From the NCBI GenBank assembly GCA_000002435.2, contig CM018790.1: a stretch of 64,000 nt of DNA; one strand, 5' to 3'. The position numbers were made by a program, and so were the translations under genes. Below are positions 38,216 to 48,492 of this stretch, piece after piece. The stretch comes from Giardia intestinalis (taxonomy: Eukaryota). Position 1 is the stretch's first letter, and every line of letters starts with the position of its first letter. The notes beneath the pieces were generated by a model, which saw nothing but the letters and a program-made list of their open reading frames with translations, did no database searches and was not told the DNA's origin.

Positions 38216-40047
38216 CGTGCTAAAGACTCAGCAAGACAAAACAGCTCGTTGTGCTGCAAACACGCTAGGTCCACCCAACCTTGACGAGGGCCGGTGTCAA
38301 CGAGAGCCCACTTCCCTTCTGTTCGCACTAAAGCGACTATCTCGTTTTGCCGTATCTTGATGCAGCTAATGGAATTGGATATTCCAATGTAATCTGCCGG
38401 ATCGAAAGTGGCTAGGACATAAACCAATATGCCCTGCATACTAGTATGTTTGGCCCTGTGCATCCGTTTGCATCTGGGCAAGGGGATTGCGGGATCAAAG
38501 AATGGGATCCCAATGGCGTTGTAATATTTTTCGAAGAGCGGCCAGTTTGTAAACAAAAACTCAGTTACCTTTTGGCTCACGCTTATTGAAAAGTTGTTGT
38601 TGGGGTCATTCAAGATGCACATGTAAAAGACCTGTTTAAAGCTTTGCGGAGTCATTTTGGTAACATCGATGGCGTCCATTATGTGGCAGCAGAGTATCAT
38701 TATGCTCCGAAGCAAAATGAAACGAGACAAGGGCAGAACCCTGAAGATGAACTCTGCAGCTATTTCTCCCTTGTTCTCGCGAGTGCATGGATTTCCAGAT
38801 ACAAACGATCTTGCAGAGGAACTGCTGTGTTGGATGTGGTTTATGGGCATGACTGAGGAGGGGCTTCCTTTGCAATCTTCCAAGAGGAGCTCAGTGCTAT
38901 TGTCTGTTGAACCACAACCTTCGTCGGTCCCCGTTATATCATCCACCATCTGCTGTGTGTGATAGTATGGGCCAACGCCGTAAGATCCCAGTGGGTTGTA
39001 TTCATAGGACTGATACGTATCATCTTCTTGTGCAACATCCACATGGGAAGAATTTGTATCCAGTTCTTTGCTCATGCTATCGTTGGCAGCATTGGAAGTC
39101 GTTGAGAAACCAAGTGATGTTCTATCACACACAACCTGATCGGTAACAATCTTCGTTTGCTCAGATAGAGCTGAGTCTAGCATAGGTGATGGCTGAAGAC
39201 TAAACGTCTCCGGTTCCTCGGCGAGCTCCTCGTGTGTGCCTTCAGAACTAAATAAAGAGCTTGCTGCTGAAGATTCCACAGAGTCCTCACCAAAGAGAAA
39301 TGCGTATTTCTCCTGAGCACCTAGGTCCATGCCTGCAGTTTTGGAGAGAACTCCGTCAACTAATAAATTCAAACTTCCAACATCTCGTCGACAAACGGTA
39401 TAGTCAAAACCCTGGCTAAAAACCTGTGAATGCACGTCAGGGAAATCCGTGGCCTGGAGAACAGTGCTATCCTTGTACTTAAGAAGAAGTCCGTTAAACT
39501 GAGTCCAAAGCCTAGGCGGAATAATGGACTCGGGAAGCTTTTTAAGGTAGAACTTGATGGCATCCGCAACGGAGTGTGCAGTAATGCCAGGGACATGTTC
39601 AAAATTGATAGACCCAGCTCGAGCAACATGCGCCATTATCCAGCTTTCCATACGCTTATCTCCACTACATCGGAAAATTCCCTCAACTGCGTATCGACGA
39701 TCCCTAAGCAGGTAATTGATGGCGTTTTCAACAAAACGCGTGAGGCATCTGTTTTCTAGCCATAGCTGATCTTCGTAAGATAGCTCATAGAGAGGCCTAG
39801 TTCCCCGGCTCAACATAACAGTATATGTGGATGGTAGCCACCCGCAGTCACCTGCTTCTCTCTTGCGCCCATATATCCACGTCCTCTGAGGACTCACGCA
39901 ATTCTCCGGTTCATATATAACATCAATTACGTCTCCGACGACGGCTGTTAGATACTGTGCACTGTCTATCATGGACGGAAGATGCTCTTTTAAAAAATCC
40001 CGGACCACGACAACGCTGTGCGATGTGTGGACAGAGTTCTGAGACAT
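38191..40047 (-). CDS. SH3 domain - RhoGAP domain protein
   Basis: The N-terminus is SH3-like (VVVVRDFLKEHLPSMIDSAQYLTAVVGDVIDVIYEPEN...GWLPSTYTV). The RhoGAP region has an EGIFRCSG arginine-finger motif and a downstream helical block. I take the ATG at 40047 (ctgcaaaataaaATGtct). The track start at 40107 is upstream and lacks that context. Confidence 0.7.
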   Translation of the reverse strand: MSQNSVHTSHSVVVVRDFLKEHLPSMIDSAQYLTAVVGDVIDVIYEPENCVSPQRTWIYGRKREAGDCGWLPSTYTVMLSRGTRPLYELSYEDQLWLENRCLTRFVENAINYLLRDRRYAVEGIFRCSGDKRMESWIMAHVARAGSINFEHVPGITAHSVADAIKFYLKKLPESIIPPRLWTQFNGLLLKYKDSTVLQATDFPDVHSQVFSQGFDYTVCRRDVGSLNLLVDGVLSKTAGMDLGAQEKYAFLFGEDSVESSAASSLFSSEGTHEELAEEPETFSLQPSPMLDSALSEQTKIVTDQVVCDRTSLGFSTTSNAANDSMSKELDTNSSHVDVAQEDDTYQSYEYNPLGSYGVGPYYHTQQMVDDITGTDEGCGSTDNSTELLLEDCKGSPSSVMPINHIQHSSSSARSFVSGNPCTRENKGEIAAEFIFRVLPLSRFILLRSIMILCCHIMDAIDVTKMTPQSFKQVFYMCILNDPNNNFSISVSQKVTEFLFTNWPLFEKYYNAIGIPFFDPAIPLPRCKRMHRAKHTSMQGILVYVLATFDPADYIGISNSISCIKIRQNEIVALVRTEGKWALVDTGPRQGWVDLACLQHNELFCLAESLARYELDSPS

Positions 40048-40061
40048 TTTATTTTGCAGAA

Positions 40062-42578
40062 TTAGGAATGTCTGCCTAAGGCCAATACCTGCTTGCAGCT
40101 CATACAATGGGTAGCTTCATCGACATCGCTGGAAACGCTGTACTCGACCTTTCCACAAAGAGCGCACTTGATGGGTCTGCTTGCTGACTTAGCTTTAGAG
40201 AGTATGTCGAAGTAATTAACCACATCCTTGTAGTTAGCTGGCGTCTTATTACGTAGGAAGTTGGCCTGGTTCTGCTCCAGAAACCCGGAATCGGTGCTTG
40301 GGTGCCTGTACAGTACTTCTAGGTTCCCGTCCAATACATGTCTTCGAGTGACGGGCTTGGTCTGTTGTGAGCATGGAAGTTCATTCTCTCTAGCAATGTG
40401 TTTCTCAGTGAGGCATTGCTTTGTGAGTTCTTGCTCTCGAATATGGGCTTCGACTTCGTCTTGCGTAACAACGATAGGCTTGTAACGGTAGGGCTTTCCT
40501 TCCTCCTTTATTGGAGCATCGACGTCATAATGCCCAGAGCTAGTCATGAGATAGTGATCACCTGCCGATCTGAACGTCTTCCTTAACTCACAACACTCGC
40601 TACTAGATTCAGATGAGATCGAAGGTGTAACCTCTTTCAGCTGAGCTACTTCATTGGAGACCTCTTTCTCAGCCTTAGAGTTTGTTACTTGGGGAATTGC
40701 TGCCACGATCCGTGATGGAATGCTAGGCTGTTTTTCTGTATGTATTATAGAGGCAGAACTCAACACCATGCTATCTGGCAATTTCTTCATTGCCTGCACA
40801 GATCGAATAGACATCAGTGGCTTCGACTGTACTAATCGCCCAGACTCGTCTATCCTTTCTATATTTCCTAGCTCCGCTAGCTGCTCGTCAATTAGGCTTT
40901 TAATGTAGAGCTTATTGAGGTAGAGATCTGACTGGACTCTATTGTACTCTTCCTGCTTCCTTTCGACGTGCTGAATCAAAGCTGGATCGAATCTTATGTT
41001 GCGCTGTTTCCCTGTGGTGCTTTGTGTCTTTGCCTTGACTGTTTTTGAATGAGGTTGCGTCTGGTTATATTGGTACGGCGAATGTTTGAGAAGCGCGTTT
41101 GTTTGCTGTTCATAAATTAGGCTTCTCATGTCATTCGTAGAAAGACCAACGGAATTTGCCGAGTTTGGTCGCATCTTTGGAATCTCCACGTCTTTGCCTA
41201 GTTGTTTGAGATCTGCCTGGATCTTTTCATGGTTAAGTTGTCGCTCTCCTGAGAATAGTCCATTATTTCGGAGATTGACTAGTTCTTTCTCAAATTCTGT
41301 CTCTATATTTGTGAGTTCTTTAGTGCTCATAGTTAGGAGTTTCTTGCAAAAAGTAGAAACATCGTATCCCATGTTCTTCAGTCGCTGCATGTCTTCATGA
41401 GTAAGGTTGAGATCTGGATAGTCGTCTTGATTGTCTGTCTTGCTAGTTAACCCCTGCTTTAGTTTCTGCTGCTCTGCAGCAAGAATGACCAACTGCTTGC
41501 AAAATTTCCGATACGCCTTGATATCCAGCTGCATCTCTCTATCGTTTTGTGCACTGTTGATTAGAAATCCCTTAGAATTAAACTGACTTTTCTGCTGAGA
41601 AGTTATATGCAAAAGCCCCTGGGTATAGCGGCTTCTGGGTAGTTTTTGCTGCTGTAAATTCGTGGAGTAGAGGGGGCGCATGCAGCGATCTTTTGTGCCA
41701 GTGCAATCTCTGCTGTTTGCTGGAACAGGGATGGTATTACAATGAGAGGTGTCCTGGCCTTTACTTGCCGGTGTCTTTGCGCTTGATCTATCGGGATGGT
41801 TACGACTATCTTTGATGGAACTAGCAAATGAAATATCGGTAGTTTCAGAACATTCCTTCTCAGAAGTATCAGAAGCATCCATTTTCAAAGGCCGAATTCT
41901 CTTGTTTCTTTGCTGGGGCATTATGGTCTCTGACTGATCCTCCGGTCTCGGGAATGTGGGTAAGTCGGCACCTGGAGCAGGCGAGTACGGAACTAGGCTA
42001 GGTGAAAGGGCTAGAGAATCCCTGCGGTCTAGAGACTCACGAGAATCAGGCGCTTGCAGTGCCAAGGGTTCAGTGGGTAATATCGCAACTGGAGCCATTG
42101 CAGGCCTATCTGGGTCGACATAAACAGTTAACTCTTTGGAATCACCCTTCCTAAGCGAGGAAGCCGTTACCTTTGAATGCTCGGCAGCGCAAGGCGCCCT
42201 TCTGCCTCTGACAGTCAGGTCTATCGCTTCTGGCCCAAAAGAGCGAGAAGTTTGGAGGGAATCTTTTGCCATGTGCTTATCTGAACTGAATATAAGCGCA
42301 GCGCTTTGAAACTGCTTAGACTGTGCTGCACTGAGCGGCCGTACAGATGACTGTCCAGCCACTCTACTAGGCTGAACCGTTATCTTTGCAGATTTTCCAC
42401 TACGTGGTTGGCGTGCAGGAAAGATATTGGTCATTACACTGCCGCTTGTCCCCGGACGATAGGACGAAGTTCCCCCCAGCGAATCGCGTCGATTTGCATA
42501 TCTCTGCCGCCGCGCCTCTGCCTTCTCGTAAAGTATTTCTCCTATGCGTTGCGGCGCTACAAAATAGGAGCTAGCCAT
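40062..42578 (-). CDS. hypothetical coiled-coil protein with C-terminal CxxC...CxxC zinc-ribbon-like motif
   Basis: ORF of ~838 aa. The C-terminus has CALCGKVEYSV...HCMSCKQVL. The track start at 42602 is a TTG, so I take the first ATG at 42578. It lies 14 nt upstream of the RhoGAP gene start. Confidence 0.6.
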   Translation of the reverse strand: MASSYFVAPQRIGEILYEKAEARRQRYANRRDSLGGTSSYRPGTSGSVMTNIFPARQPRSGKSAKITVQPSRVAGQSSVRPLSAAQSKQFQSAALIFSSDKHMAKDSLQTSRSFGPEAIDLTVRGRRAPCAAEHSKVTASSLRKGDSKELTVYVDPDRPAMAPVAILPTEPLALQAPDSRESLDRRDSLALSPSLVPYSPAPGADLPTFPRPEDQSETIMPQQRNKRIRPLKMDASDTSEKECSETTDISFASSIKDSRNHPDRSSAKTPASKGQDTSHCNTIPVPANSRDCTGTKDRCMRPLYSTNLQQQKLPRSRYTQGLLHITSQQKSQFNSKGFLINSAQNDREMQLDIKAYRKFCKQLVILAAEQQKLKQGLTSKTDNQDDYPDLNLTHEDMQRLKNMGYDVSTFCKKLLTMSTKELTNIETEFEKELVNLRNNGLFSGERQLNHEKIQADLKQLGKDVEIPKMRPNSANSVGLSTNDMRSLIYEQQTNALLKHSPYQYNQTQPHSKTVKAKTQSTTGKQRNIRFDPALIQHVERKQEEYNRVQSDLYLNKLYIKSLIDEQLAELGNIERIDESGRLVQSKPLMSIRSVQAMKKLPDSMVLSSASIIHTEKQPSIPSRIVAAIPQVTNSKAEKEVSNEVAQLKEVTPSISSESSSECCELRKTFRSAGDHYLMTSSGHYDVDAPIKEEGKPYRYKPIVVTQDEVEAHIREQELTKQCLTEKHIARENELPCSQQTKPVTRRHVLDGNLEVLYRHPSTDSGFLEQNQANFLRNKTPANYKDVVNYFDILSKAKSASRPIKCALCGKVEYSVSSDVDEATHCMSCKQVLALGRHS

Positions 42579-42881
42579 CAACGCAACGACAAGAGCTTTC
42601 AAAGCGAAAATTTATCGCATAGGAGCACAAAGAAGACCGTTTACATAGTCTAAAGGGAGCTTCTTTTACCAGCAGAGAAATAGATTCTGCTGCCAGCGTT
42701 ACGATTACTTGAAAATCCCGGCCTGTGCTAAGTCGTAAAAAGCGTGATAAACAATAGCTCCATCTGCTAACTCCATCGTGACACTCCCACCAAAATCCCC
42801 TACAACGGAAAATACAGACTCGATATCGATTAGCTGCTCTTCCTCTGTCATGGGTCTTTTTGTTTAGAAGGCATGCTCTTC

Positions 42882-43382
42882 TCAGCAAGCAAAGCTCTCT
42901 GTGATTTCATTTTGAAGCTCAACGCGAAGGTGTAAGGGGTGGACCATTGCGTTGTGAGCAGGAATGAGCTCAACTGTGACATTATATCCAATCAAAGACA
43001 GGGCCCCACGAATTGCCCCGCAAACTATTTGCGAATAAACTAAACGGTCCAGCTGAGCAGGGAGCTTCACATATTTCTCGAGCGGATTGTTTTCAACGAA
43101 AATGGTGTAGGCACTACATTCGGGCTCACAGCCTGTAATGGTACCGGAGGCGCAGCCCAGAAACATTTTTAGACCACCTAGCACACCAGTGGCTGTGTGG
43201 TGGAACTTTGTGCAGATAGAAGATGAGTTTGCCAAGTACTCGTCGACACACCGTTGTCCGATGTTGAAGCCCATCCTGTCCAGCTCCTTTGTGACCATTC
43301 CTGGGTCATGAAGTTCCTCTAAGAGAGATGTGACAATAGCCCCATAGGTTACGGCAAAGAACTCAGCGTTGAAACCAACCAT
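42882..43382 (-). CDS. BET3: TRAPP complex subunit Bet3 (TRAPPC3)
   Basis: FAVTYGAIVTSLLEE...ELDRMGFNIGQRCVDEYLA...IFVENNPL...LVYSQIVCGAIRGAL aligns by eye to Bet3/TRAPPC3. Confidence 0.8.
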   Translation of the reverse strand: MVGFNAEFFAVTYGAIVTSLLEELHDPGMVTKELDRMGFNIGQRCVDEYLANSSSICTKFHHTATGVLGGLKMFLGCASGTITGCEPECSAYTIFVENNPLEKYVKLPAQLDRLVYSQIVCGAIRGALSLIGYNVTVELIPAHNAMVHPLHLRVELQNEITESFAC

Positions 43383-43455
43383 TTTAAAGTGAGCTCGTCA
43401 AGAACGCTATTGTAGGTCCTGCAACTCCCCATGTATCTTGTTTACTATCTAGAGC

Positions 43456-44169
43456 TTAGCTTGCCATGCGCTCCAAGAGTCGTGCTTGATAGATGGCCTC
43501 ATCAACGCTCATCTGCTGCGTCTTGTGGGCCCATTCGTGTTTCAACTGAGTAACACGTAGCTGACTTGGGGAGGTCTTCGCATCCATAAGTGCATCAATA
43601 TTGACGAGGGTATCTGCGTCGGTGTTGCTCTCCAAGGCTTTCGTTATGGACTCAACGTGCGTTCGCAAACAAGGCTTAACTTGATAGCCCTTTTTATAGT
43701 CATTATACCGCGCAAATAGCTGCCTAACTTCGCCTTCCGAGTGCTGCAGATCGTTGAGTTCGATGTCTCTTGCAATTGCAGCGTAGTCTTCGCCATACTT
43801 GGCCATAGCCGCCTCCACAAATTCTCTGTAAGGCCGAAACATGGCCACACGCTTGACCTCCTCGTATATTGAGCAACGTATCCCCTTGTTTTCTATAGTT
43901 CCAACTTTCTCCTGCTTCTCTTCGGGTAGTGGCGCTGCACATCGGGCAGGATTCATCCTGTCCTGATACATGGCAGACCTACTGTCAACAAAGTGATCTG
44001 TCACTTTTGTTGTTCGCTGGCACGCCTTCTTGGGGTTGACCATTGCGAGAAGGCCGTTCGCCTTGTAGAATTCATGAACAGAAAGCCCTTGCTTCTTAAG
44101 GCGCTTGGGCTCTTTCCCACGGTAGATCTTCCGCGCACGCATGCGCTTCTGACCAACACGCAGAGGCAT
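43456..44169 (-). CDS. hypothetical basic protein (237 aa), possibly nucleolar/ribosome-biogenesis related
   Basis: Intact ORF with a Lys/Arg-rich N-terminus. No confident family. Confidence 0.5.
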   Translation of the reverse strand: MPLRVGQKRMRARKIYRGKEPKRLKKQGLSVHEFYKANGLLAMVNPKKACQRTTKVTDHFVDSRSAMYQDRMNPARCAAPLPEEKQEKVGTIENKGIRCSIYEEVKRVAMFRPYREFVEAAMAKYGEDYAAIARDIELNDLQHSEGEVRQLFARYNDYKKGYQVKPCLRTHVESITKALESNTDADTLVNIDALMDAKTSPSQLRVTQLKHEWAHKTQQMSVDEAIYQARLLERMAS

Positions 44170-44255
44170 TGCTCGCCGACAGCACGAGGGTTGTTTAAAA
44201 TTACAACAATTTAAAATTCACTTCATAGGATCATTTTTTACCCGGCCTGAATTCG

Positions 44256-44870
44256 ATGGGTGCCTACAAGTACGTTCAGGAGCTCTGGCGCAAGAAGCAA
44301 TCCGAGGCCCTCCACTACCTCTTCCGTCTCCGCACATGGGAGTACCGCCAGCTGAACGCGATCAAGCGCTGCAGCCACCCGACTCGCCCTGAGAAGGCTC
44401 GCCGTCTGGGCTACAAGGCCAAGCGGGGCTATGTTGTCTATCGTGTGCGTGTGCGCCGCGGCGGACGTAAACGCCAATGCGTCCACGGCATCTCGTATGG
44501 TAAGCCGAGGAACATTGGTATCGTCGGCCTGAAGCCTAGCCGCTCGCTACGCGCGCTTGCCGAGCAAAAGGTCGGGCGTCGTCTTCCGTCTCTCCGCGTC
44601 TTGAATTCCTACTGGGTTGCCCAGGACGGGTCCTACAAGTGGTACGAGGTCATTCTCATCGATCCGTTCCACCCGTGGATCCGCAACGATCCAAAGATTA
44701 ATTGGATCTGCAACCCGGTCATGAAGCGCCGCGAGTGTCGCGGTCTCACCTCTGCCGGTCGCAAGGCCCGCGGTCTCCACAACAAGGGTATCGGTGCGAT
44801 GAAGCTGAGGCCGTCGAAGAGAGCCGCGTGGAAGCGCAACCACACCCGCTCCCTCCGCCGCTACAGATAG
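44256..44870 (+). CDS. RPL15: 60S ribosomal protein L15e
   Basis: [17 protein letters not shown]...[24 protein letters not shown]...LRVLNSYWV...VILIDPFH...RGLTSAGRK matches L15e almost residue for residue. AGTAAAC lies 14 nt after the stop (44884-44890). Confidence 0.9.
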   Translation: MGAYKYVQELWRKKQSEALHYLFRLRTWEYRQLNAIKRCSHPTRPEKARRLGYKAKRGYVVYRVRVRRGGRKRQCVHGISYGKPRNIGIVGLKPSRSLRALAEQKVGRRLPSLRVLNSYWVAQDGSYKWYEVILIDPFHPWIRNDPKINWICNPVMKRRECRGLTSAGRKARGLHNKGIGAMKLRPSKRAAWKRNHTRSLRRYR

Positions 44871-44905
44871 CCTTGCTGCTGCGAGTAAACATCCCGTCAT
44901 TTACA

Positions 44906-45646
44906 CTAGAGGAAGTTCTCCACGAGAGCTTGGTGCATGTCGGCCAGGATGTTCTTCGATGTGAGCTGTCTGATCTTGAAGATAGACTCTATCACTGAGA
45001 TCTCTGTCGCCGACGTGTCCCTGCCAACAAACCCACACCAGTCATTAACCACAACACCAGAGCCTATGGTCGGCGAGCCCCGGTTGACGGTCCCGGCGCA
45101 GACGGGGACTGTTAGCAGCGACGCCAGCTCGTCCTGCTCTTGCCGGCTTGTCATAGGATGGACGAGGCACCCACTATTATTAAATTTGGAGTACGTCCCT
45201 ACAAGGGCCTGCCCTGCGATGGTTTGTCGGAAAACCTCAACTCCGAGGACGTCTGAGATAATCTCCTCTGTCTCTCTGTCCAAGTCAGGATGAATCAGCG
45301 CTACGTGGTCGTTGCATGCTATCACATTTCCAAGAGCCGAGAGCCTCTCGTCGACGCGCTGAACGATAATATCATCTGGAAGGCTATTCCGTATGTGAAG
45401 CATCTCCTGGTCCTGAACATTGTTAGGAAGGAGCAGCCCCTTTCGGTTCCCAACAGTGGTGCGCCCGACGACGATGCTTGAATTGATTGTTGTGCGAATG
45501 ACCGGCAGACCGTGAGGAACGAGGATAGACTCTATGGCCGAGTAGTAGTTCATGGCCCCTGACGGCGCGACAAGCGCATACCTATTTGTGAGAAGGGTGA
45601 AGACGCCGATGTCGCTGGAGGACTCGTACGTGACACGATGGGTCAT
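44906..45646 (-). CDS. EIF6: eukaryotic translation initiation factor 6 (eIF6)
   Basis: [67 protein letters not shown] is near-identical to conserved eIF6 blocks. The ATG is at 45646, and the track start at 45649 is a TTG. Confidence 0.9.
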   Translation of the reverse strand: MTHRVTYESSSDIGVFTLLTNRYALVAPSGAMNYYSAIESILVPHGLPVIRTTINSSIVVGRTTVGNRKGLLLPNNVQDQEMLHIRNSLPDDIIVQRVDERLSALGNVIACNDHVALIHPDLDRETEEIISDVLGVEVFRQTIAGQALVGTYSKFNNSGCLVHPMTSRQEQDELASLLTVPVCAGTVNRGSPTIGSGVVVNDWCGFVGRDTSATEISVIESIFKIRQLTSKNILADMHQALVENFL

Positions 45647-45771
45647 CAATTATTATTCCTAAGAAAAATAGACATGGAAACTATAAGTTCATGCGCAATA
45701 CTCAGAAAAATAAAAAAATGTTTTCATTTTGAAATGAGATTGCTTCCTTATTTTGGCCGGACCGCGACAGC

Positions 45772-46425
45772 ATGCCCAGGATCGTTAGGCGCGACGAGGA
45801 GAACGTCTACTACTCGAAGTATCTCAACGACTGCATCATGGAGGCAGAACTTCACGAGTTCTTTTCGCGTGAGCTGGTCGACGCCGGCTATGCCTCCTGC
45901 TCTCTCTGTCGTACCATCGACTCGATCTGCGTGATAATCCAGTGTGCCGAGCCAGAGGTGGTTATGGGCGACAACCACTACCGTCTTCATAAGATCGAGT
46001 ATCTCCTCGCTGGCAGGTTCATGTGCGATCCCAAGAACTTCAACATTTGGGTCGACAAGATAATTAAGCGCGGGCTTAGCGCCGAGATCATGGTTGATAA
46101 CCTTCGTGCAAAGCTCGAGGAGGCGATGCCGATCCGCAGAGCAGCCTACTCAATCATCAGAACCGCGATGCGTGCCGGGGCTGCAGGCTGCGAGGTCATT
46201 GTTGCCGGTAAGCTCCGCGCTCAGCGTGCCCGTGCAAACAAGTTTAAAGAGGGCTGCTTGATCTCGACGGGCCACCCGAAGCGTATCTTCCTGGCAGAGG
46301 CGACGCGCCACATAAAGATGAGGCAGGGTGTTATTGGCGTCAAGGTCCGCATCTATAACCCGAACATCCGTGGTGCGGTCATGCCGGATAAGATTGAGAT
46401 AGGAGCGTTCTCCCGCCAAAAGTAA
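45772..46425 (+). CDS. RPS3: 40S ribosomal protein S3
   Basis: KH-domain region and the C-terminal block AGCEVIVAGKLRAQRARANKFKEGCLISTGHP...RQGVIGVKVRI match RPS3. It shares a 122-bp AT-rich divergent promoter with eIF6. Confidence 0.85.
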   Translation: MPRIVRRDEENVYYSKYLNDCIMEAELHEFFSRELVDAGYASCSLCRTIDSICVIIQCAEPEVVMGDNHYRLHKIEYLLAGRFMCDPKNFNIWVDKIIKRGLSAEIMVDNLRAKLEEAMPIRRAAYSIIRTAMRAGAAGCEVIVAGKLRAQRARANKFKEGCLISTGHPKRIFLAEATRHIKMRQGVIGVKVRIYNPNIRGAVMPDKIEIGAFSRQK

Positions 46426-46635
46426 ATACGCTCCCACAACGCTTTCCCTTCTGCGTCAAAGTGTGGTTGCGGCCTCGTCTCTCCCATAGTATCACGGTTC
46501 GTGATGCGTGGCCATACAATCGTACACAGATCCAGTATCTTCTCGCCTAGCAGCTTGTTTGTAGGATGATACCGGAGAACCGCCCGGCGGGTCTCTTCCT
46601 CAATACTCTCGTCAGGATACCTCTGGGCCAGCACT

Positions 46636-48291
46636 AGGCGCGGGCCACGCGGAGAGACTCGGGGAACCGGACGAGAGGCGCCCTGCGTCGGACTGGGGCA
46701 GCGGGTGAGCGGGGGCCAGGGCCGCGAGGGATTGCTTCCGGGCCTCTGCCTCACGCCGACCCTCGCCGCCTGCTCAGATATCTGCACGGAGCCGCGTGGA
46801 GCAGCTGGAAACGCATTTACTACCTAAGTCACATCTAAGTCTACGCTTTGCCTCTACAGAGGAACCACCAGCAGAGGAAGCCGACGAGGCCCCCGACGAC
46901 GATGACAGCGGCCACAGCGATGCCAGCGATGGCGCCAGTGGAGAGGCCGCTCTTGTTGGCGCTAGAAGGCACGCACTTTTTATCATCACCTAGAACAAAT
47001 CCATCGTTACACTCTGTGCACGTGCCGTCGGGACATGATTTGCAGTTAGGAAGATCGCAGCCAGCAGGCGCGTCCGCGCAGGTGTTCGGAGCCGATCCGT
47101 CGCCGTACGGGCAGTTATCGTAGCACCCGCCCTTGTAGAGCTTCTGCGTCTGGGTACACGCCGTGCAGGTTCCATCTGTGCTTCCCGACCCAGGCGTGCA
47201 CATGTTTGCCTGGGCCTGCTGCGTGCAGGCGCCGTTGACCGGGACATACCCGCTCTTGCATTTGGAGCAGTACGTTTTGCCATTGATCGTCACGTCGCAC
47301 TTGCCGGCGGCGCAGTTTGTCGCGCCGGGGTCTGCGGCGTCGCACGGCGTTGGGGCAGAGACCGCTGCTTTTGCTTCTTCTACTACTTGGACCGCCTGGG
47401 CTAATTGCAGAATAAAGCTCACAAAAAGAAGCTTACTCAACATTGATTCTGTGGCTATGTATTGGTATTTGTAAAAAGACTTGCTGTGTGAACTATCAAC
47501 TAGATTGTCAGTTGATAAAGCTGATGCAAACGCGGACTCATAGGAGAAAGAATCCTCCTAGCTTACAAAGTGCTAAGCAATGCGTACTAGATAATAACAG
47601 CTGAATAAGAATAGAACATTCAAGTGCCTCGGTATGAAAACTGAAAGTGAACTGAACTTTGATTACACGGAGAGCCACTTGCTGTTATGCTGGAGCTTTA
47701 CCAGTGCAGAATCATGTAATCGAACGCACATTTAGGTAGTAGACGCATCCACATGCTGCGTCGCACAAAAAGGCCTTATAGGCTGCCCAGTGGACCCACG
47801 CTCGTTGTCTTAGTGGTCGGAACAAAGTTTGGGGATGTTACGGCTGGGTTATCGCTTGCGGGCATGGTTTAGTAATCCCACGAGTAAATTTTCGCTTAAT
47901 TCCTAGCCAGACCGGACGAGAGTTGGTCATGGATAGCATAACGAGAGAGTCCTCTCCAGTGATATATTCAAAGTCTGGGCATTCCTCGGCCGCTCCATGA
48001 GGATATGCTCTGTCTGGATATCCATGCCGATCTGCCTTGAATTCAAGCCTTCTCGCAGGCTCTCTGCTCTACCCGTGGCGCCTCTCCTTGGTCTTCCTTC
48101 GTGGCTGGTGAGGCTCCGGTCGCTGTCCTTTTTTAGATGCCCCGTCTGTCAGGAGCTGCCATCGGGCTCTCCACTGGCTGGGCCCTCGGTGTCCGGTCAG
48201 CTGTGGCTCGGGCAGTGCTCCTACAGTCGTAGTCACCTGGGTCCCGGTGGGTCCGGCTGGTGGGGAGGCAGGGGTATGGGGCGGTGGGGGC
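46636..48291. repeat. IR1 left arm (~1.65 kb) carrying VSP copy 1 plus ~850 bp non-coding DNA
   Basis: The reverse complement matches 49697..51352 wherever I compared (VSP ORF, 5' flank, GC-rich inner end). Mirror relation: left = 97988 - right. Boundaries set by loss of identity (cgcgggccac / caccgcccc). Confidence 0.85.
46841..47443 (-). CDS. variant-specific surface protein (VSP), 200 aa, copy 1
   Basis: Signal peptide MLSKLLFVSFILQLAQA, CXXC motifs (CAAGKC, CSKCKS, CTACTQ, CKSCPDGTCTEC), a GGCY motif, a TM helix, and the invariant C-terminal CRGKA. AGTAAAT polyA signal ~20 nt after the stop. Confidence 0.85.
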   Translation of the reverse strand: MLSKLLFVSFILQLAQAVQVVEEAKAAVSAPTPCDAADPGATNCAAGKCDVTINGKTYCSKCKSGYVPVNGACTQQAQANMCTPGSGSTDGTCTACTQTQKLYKGGCYDNCPYGDGSAPNTCADAPAGCDLPNCKSCPDGTCTECNDGFVLGDDKKCVPSSANKSGLSTGAIAGIAVAAVIVVGGLVGFLCWWFLCRGKA

Positions 48292-48492
48292 CGGTCAGCA
48301 GGCATCGGCGAGAGGCGGCCTGACTGCGCATGCAGATGCGAGTGTTGGATGGGACGCCATGGGCTGGATGAAGCAGCCCCGTGCAAGGGCCAAAGCCCTG
48401 CCTGCAGAGTCATGCTCTAAGACAGTCATTTTAAAACAAAAACAATAAGGAGACACACTTAAAACGGCCGTTCCCAAAATAATAAATCCACG

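Noticed and set aside
42571-42888. 105-aa minus ORF in the 280-bp spacer between Bet3 and the 846-aa gene
   Set aside because: Low-complexity Arg/Cys-rich translation with no start context. More likely untranslated spacer or UTR.
45772-45900. Possible intron at the RPS3 5' end because of the atypical N-terminus and weak start context
   Set aside because: The N-terminal residues still align acceptably to RPS3 (YYSKYLNDCIMEAELHEF vs KFVADGIFKAELNEF). I saw no GTATGT...ACTAACACACAG-type Giardia intron signals.
46353-46787. 144-aa minus ORF spanning the RPS3 3' end and the IR1 boundary
   Set aside because: Antisense to the RPS3 C-terminus and then GC-rich repeat sequence (Arg/Pro-rich). Its mirror copy (51201..51449) diverges at the repeat boundary, which is consistent with a chance ORF.
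47997-48413. ORFs 47997..48323 (+) and 48069..48413 (-), mirrored at 49566..49991, in the GC-rich inner ends of the IR1 arms
   Set aside because: Pro/Gly/Arg/Trp-rich translations of GC-rich DNA on both strands and no start context. They are kept only as evidence for the repeat.
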